Source of the DNA: Thermotogota bacterium
Lineage (GTDB): Bacteria > Thermotogota > Thermotogae > Petrotogales > Kosmotogaceae
Assembly (NCBI GenBank): GCA_034660555.1
Contig: JAYEJL010000032.1
Location: 1-20,291, forward strand
Direction of reading: 5' to 3'
Length of the DNA: 20,291 bases
Part shown: piece after piece, positions 8,793 to 16,088 of the stretch
Layout: the number at the start of each line of letters is the position of its first letter
Position numbering within the stretch: the first letter of the stretch is position 1
Notes under the pieces: generated by a model
What the model saw: the letters and a program-made list of their open reading frames with translations, nothing else
The model's database searches: none
Told to the model about the DNA's origin: nothing
Translations under genes and position numbers: made by a program

Positions 8793-9044
8793 ATGGTTAT
8801 ACTTTCGTATGTTTTGGTTGTGCTTCATGTAATTATCAGTGTAGCTCTCACTGTTGTCGTTTTCAATCAGATGTCAAAGGCCTCTGAACTGGGAGCTGGA
8901 TTTGGTGGTGGTGCAAGCCATACGATGTTTGGCAGAAAAAAGGGTCTGGATACAATGGGTAAAATCACTGTTGCACTTGCAATAGCTTTTGTTGTTAATG
9001 GAATTTTATTGAGTGTTATCATGTCTAATCTTATGAAGGGTTAG
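8793..9044 (+). CDS. secG: Preprotein translocase subunit SecG (83 aa)
   Basis: ATG 8793 after SD GGGAGGT; two TM helices flanking Q..K..ELGAGFGGGASHTMFG and LDTMGKIT, the SecG signature. Confidence 0.93.
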   Translation: MVILSYVLVVLHVIISVALTVVVFNQMSKASELGAGFGGGASHTMFGRKKGLDTMGKITVALAIAFVVNGILLSVIMSNLMKG

Positions 9045-9054
9045 GTGAAACTTT

Positions 9055-10254
9055 TTGCAGTCTGGGGGAGATCAGTACTCGACTTTAAGCAAGAACATAG
9101 TAACACTTATTTCAAAAGAGGAACTACTTGAAAAACTCAAATTAAATAGACCTTTGAGGATTAAACTGGGGGTAGATCCTTCAAGACCGGATTTGCATTT
9201 TGGTCATGCTGTAGTTCTAAAAAAATTGAGAGAATTTCAGGAATTTGGCCACAAGGTAGTTCTTATTATTGGTGATTTCACAGCAAGAATAGGAGATCCG
9301 AGCGGTAGATCAAAGACAAGACCCATGCTTTCCAAAGAAGAAACAAAGGATAATGCCAGGACTTATACTTCACAGGCTTATAAAATACTCGATAGAAAGA
9401 AAACAGAGTTAAGGTTCAATTCAGAATGGCTCGATCCTCTTTCCTTTGAAGATGTTCTTAAGCTTTCAGGTAAATATACTGTTGCACGTATGCTGGAAAG
9501 AAATGATTTTTCAAAGAGATACTCTAATAATGAGCCGATCAGTGTATCAGAATTCCTTTACCCTCTTGCTCAAGCATATGATTCGGTAGTGGTGAAAGCA
9601 GACATAGAAATAGGCGGAGAAGATCAGCTATTTAATTTTATCGTTGCCAGAAAAATACAGGAAGAATATGGACAAAAACCTCAGTGTATTATGACACTCC
9701 CATTAATAGAGGGCACTGATGGACATCTGAAAATGTCCAAAAGCTACGATAATTATATTGCTTTCGAAGATACCCCGGATGACAAATACGGGAAAATAAT
9801 GTCCATTCCTGACAGTTTAATCATCAAGTATATGCGTTTATTGACAGACATCTCTGAGGAAGATATAGAAGAAATTGAGGAAAAGATTAAAGAAAAGGGT
9901 ACAAATCCTAGAGATGAAAAGATGAAGCTGGCATATGAAATTGTTTCATTTTTTCATGGGGGAAAAACAGCACAGGAAGCACAGAATAATTTTATCAGTG
10001 TGTTTAGAAGGAAAAAAGTTCCTGAAAATATGCCAGTGATAGAGTTAAAGAGTGATATAATAAATATAATAGATCTTATGGTAGATTACACAAATATTCA
10101 GTCACGAAGTGAAGCAAAACGTTTAGTGATGCAAAATGGAGTGAAGTACAATAACAAGACGGTTTCTGATATTAATGCTGAAATGAAGATTTCAAATGGT
10201 AATATTTTACGTATTGGTAAACGTAGGTTTTTCAGATTGAAGAAAATCGTGTGA
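9055..10254 (+). CDS. tyrS: Tyrosine--tRNA ligase
   Basis: GVDPSRPDLHFGH (HIGH), YPLAQAYD, KMSKS, C-terminal S4-like SRSEAKRLV..NGV / RIGKRRF; TTG start after AGGTGA. Confidence 0.98.
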   Translation: MQSGGDQYSTLSKNIVTLISKEELLEKLKLNRPLRIKLGVDPSRPDLHFGHAVVLKKLREFQEFGHKVVLIIGDFTARIGDPSGRSKTRPMLSKEETKDNARTYTSQAYKILDRKKTELRFNSEWLDPLSFEDVLKLSGKYTVARMLERNDFSKRYSNNEPISVSEFLYPLAQAYDSVVVKADIEIGGEDQLFNFIVARKIQEEYGQKPQCIMTLPLIEGTDGHLKMSKSYDNYIAFEDTPDDKYGKIMSIPDSLIIKYMRLLTDISEEDIEEIEEKIKEKGTNPRDEKMKLAYEIVSFFHGGKTAQEAQNNFISVFRRKKVPENMPVIELKSDIINIIDLMVDYTNIQSRSEAKRLVMQNGVKYNNKTVSDINAEMKISNGNILRIGKRRFFRLKKIV

Positions 10255-10258
10255 ACTC

Positions 10259-10288
10259 TTGAATACAGATACGATTTTCCTGTATAAT
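10259..10288 (+). promoter_or_regulatory. Putative internal promoter for ompA
   Basis: TTGAAT (10259-10264), 18-nt spacer, TATAAT (10283-10288) in the tyrS-ompA gap. Confidence 0.6.
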
Positions 10289-10348
10289 AAACTTGTGCAT
10301 TAATTTACTAAAAAGAATCATTTGACATTTTGAAAGGGGGTAGGTTTC

Positions 10349-11881
10349 ATGAAGAAATTTGTTGTGTTAGTTTTCCTGGCCCTGGTGATGTCCGCTTTTG
10401 CTTTGGCAGTAAGCTATTCGGATGTTCCGGAGGATCACTGGGCATATGATGCGGTTATGAAAACCACTTCTGCTGGATTGTTGAAGGGTTTCCCGGATGA
10501 AACATTCCAGGGAAAAGAGGTAGTATCAAGATATCAGCTAGCAGAAGTACTCAGTAAGACTTTAGATTATGTTGACACAGGCGATCAAAAGGTACAGGAG
10601 GTCGTTTTTGCTCTAACGAAGAAAGTTGCTAGTCTTTCACTTGAAATCTCTGATTCTAAAAAAGCAGTTGCAGATGTTAATAATGATATTGAAGGTTTGA
10701 AGGACAGAGTTGGTACACTTGAGACGGATATGGATGTTGTTTTTGATCAGGTAGATTCAAATGTGTTCAATATTATGGAGATCGAAAATAAGGTATCCGA
10801 TCTAGAAAAAGACATGGGTGGCTTTATAACAGTTGATGATTTTGAATACATGGAAAATGCAATTGACAAAATCAGCAGTGATCTATTCGCCATTAAGATT
10901 TCAAAAGCATCTGCTCAAAGAGTAGATATGCTTGAAGAAAATCTGGCCGATCTTGATGAAAAAATGGCTGAAATTGAAGGAAAAACGGATGCTTTCGTAA
11001 CATCTGAACAAATGTCCCAGAAGATTGATTTCCTTTATAAGAAGATAGGCCTTACAGAAAACAAACTTGATGAAAAGATAGCTGGATTGGAATCTGAGTT
11101 ATCAGGAGTAAAAGAGGGAGTAGTAGGTCCAGCATTTGATCAAATCAACAAAAATGTATCCGATATAACCAGCATGAAAGAAGAAATTGGCATGATAAAT
11201 GCTGATATTGATGAACTCAGTGGTACATACAATACAAAAATCAGCAGTCTTGAAAAATCACTATCAGATTTGCAAATAACAACGAAGTTTATTGGCCAGG
11301 CCGTAGCTAATCTGGGAAATAAGTTCGTAACAAAAGAAGAAATGGATGCTTTTGAGGGCAAATTAGATGTAGTTTATGATCAAATCGATTCTAATATCTT
11401 TGACATCATTGGCCTTGAAGATGAAGTTAAGAACATCAAAGAAAATTATGTAACTGTAGAAGAATTTGAAGCTGCAAAGGCAGAATATGATGAAATGTTC
11501 GAGGTTACTTATGACCAGATTGATTCAAATGTTTTTGATATTTTAGATCTTGAAAGATCAATTGAAGATATCAAAGAGAATTATGTCAGCGCAGAAGATT
11601 TTGAGTATATTGAGAATGTCACAGACAAACTCAGTAGTAATCTTTTTTCTATAAAATTGGCTAAAGCTGACGCGAAAGACGTAAAGAACCTGGAAGAAAA
11701 AGTTAGCACACTTGAAAGTGATGTAAATGAAAAAGTAGAATCCGTTAAAAGTGATAATGAAGAAGCAGTGAAAAAGGTTGACGAAAAAGTCGAAAAAGCC
11801 AGCAAAACAGCTAACAGCTCCTTGTGGATTGGTCTCGCAGGTCTTGCTGTTGGTATCGTTGCGCTGATTCTTGGACTGTAG
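10349..11881 (+). CDS. ompA: Toga anchor protein Omp-alpha: signal peptide, SLH domain, long coiled coil, C-terminal TM
   Basis: YSDVPEDHWAYDAV...GLLKGFPDETFQG...SRYQLA (SLH); ~400 aa of heptad-rich sequence; terminal hydrophobic SLWIGLAGLAVGIVALILGL; synteny with secG-tyrS as known in Thermotogota. The symbol refers to Thermotoga Omp-alpha, not E. coli OmpA. Confidence 0.92.
   Translation: MKKFVVLVFLALVMSAFALAVSYSDVPEDHWAYDAVMKTTSAGLLKGFPDETFQGKEVVSRYQLAEVLSKTLDYVDTGDQKVQEVVFALTKKVASLSLEISDSKKAVADVNNDIEGLKDRVGTLETDMDVVFDQVDSNVFNIMEIENKVSDLEKDMGGFITVDDFEYMENAIDKISSDLFAIKISKASAQRVDMLEENLADLDEKMAEIEGKTDAFVTSEQMSQKIDFLYKKIGLTENKLDEKIAGLESELSGVKEGVVGPAFDQINKNVSDITSMKEEIGMINADIDELSGTYNTKISSLEKSLSDLQITTKFIGQAVANLGNKFVTKEEMDAFEGKLDVVYDQIDSNIFDIIGLEDEVKNIKENYVTVEEFEAAKAEYDEMFEVTYDQIDSNVFDILDLERSIEDIKENYVSAEDFEYIENVTDKLSSNLFSIKLAKADAKDVKNLEEKVSTLESDVNEKVESVKSDNEEAVKKVDEKVEKASKTANSSLWIGLAGLAVGIVALILGL
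10733..11700 (+). repeat. Diverged internal repeats in the ompA stalk
   Basis: DVVFDQVDSNVFNI (from 10733), DVVYDQIDSNIFDI (from 11366), EVTYDQIDSNVFDI (from 11501); copies 1 and 3 continue alike through DFEY.EN..DK.SS.LF.IK..KA.A..V..LEE. Confidence 0.85.
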
Positions 11882-11894
11882 TAATTGTAATAAC

Positions 11895-11941
11895 TAGCAC
11901 AAGGCGCTCAGTCGTTTGGTTTTAGGGAGTTCTTTGTGCTA
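11895..11941 (+). other. Imperfect stem-loop between ompA and ompB, without U-tract
   Basis: TAGCACAAGG-C-GCTC ... GAGT-T-CTTTGTGCTA; pairs on the + strand using G-U wobbles. Confidence 0.6.
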
Positions 11942-11945
11942 AAAT
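11916..11945 (+). promoter_or_regulatory. Putative ompB promoter (extended -10)
   Basis: TTGGTT (11916-11921), 18-nt spacer, TGcTAAAAT (11937-11945). Confidence 0.45.
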
Positions 11946-12005
11946 TTGAGATAGTACGTAATTAATATTGTTACCACAAAAATCTCTTGAAGGGGGTAAG
12001 TGCAT

Positions 12006-13196
12006 ATGAAAAAGCTTTTGATAGTTTTAATAGTCCTTGTATCAGTAGGTCTATTTGCTACAACTCAGGTAAACCTAAATCCTTGGGTTGAAGGTACAGT
12101 AAAAGGTAGTGTATTGTTTGACAAAGATGGGAAACATACTGCACTGCAGACATGGGATCTAGATTTCGGTTGGGGTTTTAGCGTACCACATGATAATTTG
12201 AGTATTTCAGTAAGCCTGGATGAACCACTTGATGACCTTTCTATTGGTCAACTTGCTATTGAGAATGATAATCTAGGTTTAACATGGTTTTCTAGTATGG
12301 CGTTATCAGGGAAGTATTCTCTTAAATGGTTCAACTACCTCGATGATGGATTATGGAATCATTTAATGCGCATGAACCTCAAACAGATTGGTTTGCAGAT
12401 TGCAACACAAGATGGTACAGACGACAAAGTTGCAGTAAAAGCTAATATTCTTGATATGGTTGATCTTAGGGCACAGGCAAAGTTCAATGTTTACACATTT
12501 GTTTCTGCTGCAGGTGAGCTCTACGTTACTCCAATTGAAAACCTTAATCTCAAAGCAGGTTATGACACAGATAACAGATATTTCGCGGGCGCTGACTACA
12601 CAATGACAGTAGCTGATCTTGTTACGCTCAATCCTTATGTCTTCTATTCTACTGATTGGGGTCAGTTTGCAGGATTAAGAGCTTCCCTGACACAGGGTAT
12701 TTTTGGTGTTGATGCTGGTTATGAATATGACATAGCTGGTACCAGTCATTTCATTGATGGCAAACTTTCTGTTGATCATGATATCGCTTCTGCCTGGGTA
12801 TATGGAGACGCAACATTCCCAGCAAATGATTACACAGCTCAGGTACATGCAAGTACTTCACAAACATTTGGTCCTCTAACTGTATCAGTTGATGTCGGAT
12901 CAGGTGATTATAATAATTGGTTTGCTTATCCACCAACTTACGGTAACTTAGTTGATGACTTTAAAGATTTGAGTGCATATGCAAAATTGTCAGTAACACC
13001 AGAATTAGGTCTTGGCGTAATTTCAGATCCTGCACTCACATTAGATGGTGGTTACTACTTGCTTGATGGTTCTTCCTCAGCATCAATAAATTTAGCTACA
13101 AAACTGTATGATCTCTTAAATATCAGTGCAGGTATCTCTGAACTATTTGATATTTCAACCTGGTATGTAGAATTCTTCTATATAATTACATTTTAA
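12006..13196 (+). CDS. ompB: Toga beta-barrel outer-envelope protein, Omp-beta/porin candidate (396 aa)
   Basis: ATG 12006 after G-rich SD; signal peptide MKKLLIV...GLFA; alternating amphipathic strands rich in Y/F/W/G; C-terminal WYVEFFYIITF ending in Phe; directly downstream of ompA. Confidence 0.8.
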   Translation: MKKLLIVLIVLVSVGLFATTQVNLNPWVEGTVKGSVLFDKDGKHTALQTWDLDFGWGFSVPHDNLSISVSLDEPLDDLSIGQLAIENDNLGLTWFSSMALSGKYSLKWFNYLDDGLWNHLMRMNLKQIGLQIATQDGTDDKVAVKANILDMVDLRAQAKFNVYTFVSAAGELYVTPIENLNLKAGYDTDNRYFAGADYTMTVADLVTLNPYVFYSTDWGQFAGLRASLTQGIFGVDAGYEYDIAGTSHFIDGKLSVDHDIASAWVYGDATFPANDYTAQVHASTSQTFGPLTVSVDVGSGDYNNWFAYPPTYGNLVDDFKDLSAYAKLSVTPELGLGVISDPALTLDGGYYLLDGSSSASINLATKLYDLLNISAGISELFDISTWYVEFFYIITF

Positions 13197-13219
13197 TTGA
13201 TTGATAGCTAATGGAATTC

Positions 13220-13250
13220 GACCCCGGCCATGCGCCGGGGTTTTGTTTTG
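13220..13250 (+). terminator. Intrinsic terminator of ompB
   Basis: GACCCCGGC-catgc-GCCGGGGTT followed by TTGTTTTG. Confidence 0.92.
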
Positions 13251-13593
13251 TTATAAGCAATTAAAAAAATTTCAGTTAGAACATATAAAATAATAAACGT
13301 ATTTAAAAGATTGGTCAAAGATATCAAGAAAAATTGGCAGAGCGATATAAACGATAAAAGAGACTCTATGTTAAAACTGTAAAACTGAACATCATTTATA
13401 TATAGATAAACCGATAATTACACGATTTCTATAATGCTATCTAAAATTTCCGGTTGAAATGTGATTAGCTAACGGAGAAGGGAAAAATTTAATCCTGTTT
13501 ACTTTGATTAAATGCTCTTACTTCATTGGTAATTAAGAGAGAATGTCTACATATGTAACGCACCTGTTTTAGTAATAATTTTATTCTAATCAG

Positions 13594-13602
13594 TGGTATG
13601 AT
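13594..13602 (+). promoter_or_regulatory. Putative extended -10 promoter in the spacer
   Basis: TGgTATGAT; would start a transcript near 13609, upstream of the 32-codon ORF. Confidence 0.45.
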
Positions 13603-13653
13603 AAAGTTCAAAAGATAAAACAAGGCTGTCGAGAAAAATGTGAAATGATAACG

Positions 13654-13743
13654 AAAAAATGACCACCCCGAGCAATAACCCTGATAAGCTTTAAGTATCC
13701 ACAAAAAGAAAGCGGGGTATAAAAGGAGATGCTCAGGATGGTC
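13654..13743 (-). ncRNA. Candidate ~90-nt structured small RNA (family unrecognised)
   Basis: Minus strand GACCAUCCUGAGCA pairs with UGCUCGGGGUGGUC (14 contiguous bp, two G-U); inner helices AUACCCC/GGGUUAU and GCUUU/AAAGC; TATACT ends 7 nt before the first G; AUUUUUU follows the stem. Confidence 0.5.
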
Positions 13744-13836
13744 GACAAAGAGTATATACGAAAAACAACAATCAATTATCGGGATTCATTTATACGTTTG
13801 GTGGTCCTAATTTATTCGGCTTTGGGTTTAGTATAA
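13738..13836 (+). CDS. Putative 32-aa peptide MVDKEYIRKTTINYRDSFIRLVVLIYSALGLV
   Basis: AAAAGGAG (13721-13728) 9 nt before ATG 13738; stop TAA 13834-13836; hydrophobic C-terminus. Below the ORF-track cutoff; no homology evidence. Confidence 0.35.
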   Translation: MVDKEYIRKTTINYRDSFIRLVVLIYSALGLV

Positions 13837-13885
13837 TTATATTGGAAGACATTCGACTCTGGTGATTTATTTGGAGGTAGATTGT

Positions 13886-14293
13886 ATGAAGATGATTCTT
13901 ATAATAATGACTGACATTCTTCTGTTAGCAGCTGTAGCGTTGCTGGTAGTGTCAGCTGGTAGCGGTTTCTTGGGGAATCTGTTTGAGAAAAACCTTGAGT
14001 TTTCGGAGATTTCTATCTGGTTTTCTGTTAATTTGTTTTTATTAGCCATTTCAATGCAGATTTTTTTGATTGTTTCTTTTAAGAAGATAGCAAAGGCTGC
14101 TCTAATTTTTCTGAGTTCATCAGCTCTTGTAATATATGTATATGGAGTTTATCAAAAAGGACTTGGATGGCTCACACGTCCTTTATACAACCTCTTTGAT
14201 ATTCAGGATATACCCTCTTTGCCAGGAATTCTTATGCTTCTCTTTTTATGTTTGGTGCTTGCGTTATCAGTAGTATTAAGCACAAAAAAATAA
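13886..14293 (+). CDS. Hypothetical membrane protein, ~4 TM helices (135 aa)
   Basis: ATG 13886 after SD GGAGGT (13873-13878); four hydrophobic segments. Confidence 0.82.
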   Translation: MKMILIIMTDILLLAAVALLVVSAGSGFLGNLFEKNLEFSEISIWFSVNLFLLAISMQIFLIVSFKKIAKAALIFLSSSALVIYVYGVYQKGLGWLTRPLYNLFDIQDIPSLPGILMLLFLCLVLALSVVLSTKK

Positions 14294-14323
14294 ACGAGCC
14301 CCCGGAATGATCTGGAGCGCTCG
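14284..14323. terminator. Imperfect hairpin between convergent genes; possible terminator, mainly for the opp operon
   Basis: CGAGC..CCGGA-atga-TCTGG...GCTCG preceded by an A-tract (U-tract on the minus strand). Confidence 0.45.
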
Positions 14324-14406
14324 CAATTATTTTCATCTAATTAAAAATCAAGAAAGCAAATTAATACAGTACTTCGGTTATAGCCGATCTATCATACTGC
14401 AGTGAA

Positions 14407-16086
14407 TTATATTCCCAATGCTCTTGGATCAAGCGCGTCTCTCAGCGCATCGCCAAGCAGGTTAAATGCCATAACAACTATAAATATAAACAGACCGGGT
14501 ACCAGCAACCACGGGGCCTCAGTCATAGATTTTATATTTTGCGCCTGGCTGAGCATCAGTCCCCAGCTAGCTGAAGGTTCTGAGATACCCAAACCAAGAA
14601 AACTAAGTCCTGCCTCGCCAATTATATATTGAGGAATCGAAAGTGTTGCTGCAACTATTATATATGTTGAAGTGTTTGGGATAATATGCTTCCAAATAAC
14701 CCTTCTGTCAGGGTAGCCCATAGCCATAGCAGCTTCAACAAACTCGTTAGATTTTAAAGAAAGAACCATACCACGTATGACCCTTGACATACCGGGCCAG
14801 CCAATAAAACTCAGAATAACCACAATTAGTAAATAAGTAATATGAGGGGGTAAACCTACAGGTAATATAGCACGTAAAGAAATAAGCAAATAAAAACCAG
14901 GAATTGACATCAAAATCTCAGTGGACCTCATAGAAATTTCATCAGCCCAACCACCATAATAGCCTGCTGCTCCACCGATAATAAGTCCTAATGTAAAAGT
15001 GATAATTATTCCCAATATACCAATAGATAGGGAAATTCTTGAACCAAAGAGTATTCTTGAAAAGACATCTCGACCATAAGCATCTCCACCAAATAAATGA
15101 ACTTCTGCTGGTGTTTCAACACCAAAAAGATGAATATCTGATGGAATCAACCAAAGTAGTTTGTATTCCCAGGATCTAATAAAAAACTTAATTGGGAATT
15201 TTCTCGTTTTATATTCAATAACTTTAGGTTTTTGAGCAACCTCAAACAAATCCGGGTCGACTGCAAATTCACTAAGATAACTCCTTGCAAGTTCTAAATC
15301 GCCACCTTCAACATCAAGAACATCATTGACAATTACAATCGCTTCTTTTACCACTTCTTTGATTTCATCTTTTGTTATTGCATATATTCTATGTAATCGT
15401 TTTTCTGTTATAAGTTTGACCGGTTCACCAATCTCTTTCAAACCAGGATATTGCCAGGTAGGTAAGTTTTTAAGATAATTTGGATCTTCACGTTCAGTTC
15501 TTAGTGGTCCCTCCAAAATGCCTACTTCACTTAGCTTCAATGACTCTACAACTTTATATACAGGTCTTGTTGTTAGTTGGGCAATGTTTCCCTCAGTATC
15601 TTCTGCATATTGGGTTGTTTCAACAACCAGATATATTGAATTCACATTCTCTTCTCCAATAGTAAATTCACTAATCTCACCGGTTTTAAGATCTTCAGCT
15701 GTAATATGTTGTAGTGAGGTTCCTTCAGAAAATGAGGTTCGGTAGGTTTGAGGGTCTCTTTCTAAAACGTATGGATATACATAAGGCCAGGTTAATTTTC
15801 CTTCTTCATCAAACCATCTAATATTCGATGGAGGAGAGTACGATAAATCCTGATTTTGCGCATAGGGATTGTATGGTGAAAGAAAATTAGCAAATATCGC
15901 AACAAGATAAAAAATCAAGAGAATCCACATTGAAATGATGCCAAGTTTATGTTTTTTTAAAGCTCGCCAGATAAGCTGCCAACGATTCAGGTACTCTACT
16001 TCAAAAAGATCTTCTTTTTTTACTTCTTCTGTTTTTTTAGTTGGTTTATTCGTTTTTTTGTTATTTTTCTTATTCAAAAAACTCAC
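14407..16086 (-). CDS. oppC: Opp/Dpp-family ABC permease C with large extracytoplasmic insertion
   Basis: WRALKKHKLG N-terminal motif, GGDAYGRDVFSRILFGSRISL, EFVEAAMAMG (EAA loop), KHIIPN, GDALRDALDPR. The start may be the TTG at 16077. Confidence 0.93.
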   Translation of the reverse strand: MSFLNKKNNKKTNKPTKKTEEVKKEDLFEVEYLNRWQLIWRALKKHKLGIISMWILLIFYLVAIFANFLSPYNPYAQNQDLSYSPPSNIRWFDEEGKLTWPYVYPYVLERDPQTYRTSFSEGTSLQHITAEDLKTGEISEFTIGEENVNSIYLVVETTQYAEDTEGNIAQLTTRPVYKVVESLKLSEVGILEGPLRTEREDPNYLKNLPTWQYPGLKEIGEPVKLITEKRLHRIYAITKDEIKEVVKEAIVIVNDVLDVEGGDLELARSYLSEFAVDPDLFEVAQKPKVIEYKTRKFPIKFFIRSWEYKLLWLIPSDIHLFGVETPAEVHLFGGDAYGRDVFSRILFGSRISLSIGILGIIITFTLGLIIGGAAGYYGGWADEISMRSTEILMSIPGFYLLISLRAILPVGLPPHITYLLIVVILSFIGWPGMSRVIRGMVLSLKSNEFVEAAMAMGYPDRRVIWKHIIPNTSTYIIVAATLSIPQYIIGEAGLSFLGLGISEPSASWGLMLSQAQNIKSMTEAPWLLVPGLFIFIVVMAFNLLGDALRDALDPRALGI

Positions 16087-16088
16087 CC

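Noticed and set aside
9045..9054. T-box leader for tyrS
   Set aside because: Only 10 nt separate secG and tyrS; no room and no T-box motif seen.
11895..11942. TAGCAC...GTGCTAA as CIRCE/HrcA operator
   Set aside because: Arms are too far apart for the 9-nt CIRCE spacer and inner bases differ.
13372..13387. Tandem TAAAACTG x2 and nearby ATAAAC(C)GATAA look-alikes
   Set aside because: Short, AT-rich and irregularly spaced; expected by chance; not CRISPR or iterons.
13488..13539. Two small hairpins (TTTAATC/GATTAAA; CTCTTA/TAAGAG)
   Set aside because: 6-7 bp AT-rich stems, too weak to support a call.
13489..13704. 71-aa minus-strand ORF in the spacer
   Set aside because: GTG start without SD, no recognisable features, and it crosses the U-tract ending the RNA candidate.
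13679..13745. Hammerhead ribozyme (CTGATAA) or fluoride riboswitch (GGAGATG) match
   Set aside because: CUGAUAA breaks the CUGANGA core and no GAAA follows the stem; the downstream fluoride-riboswitch elements are absent.
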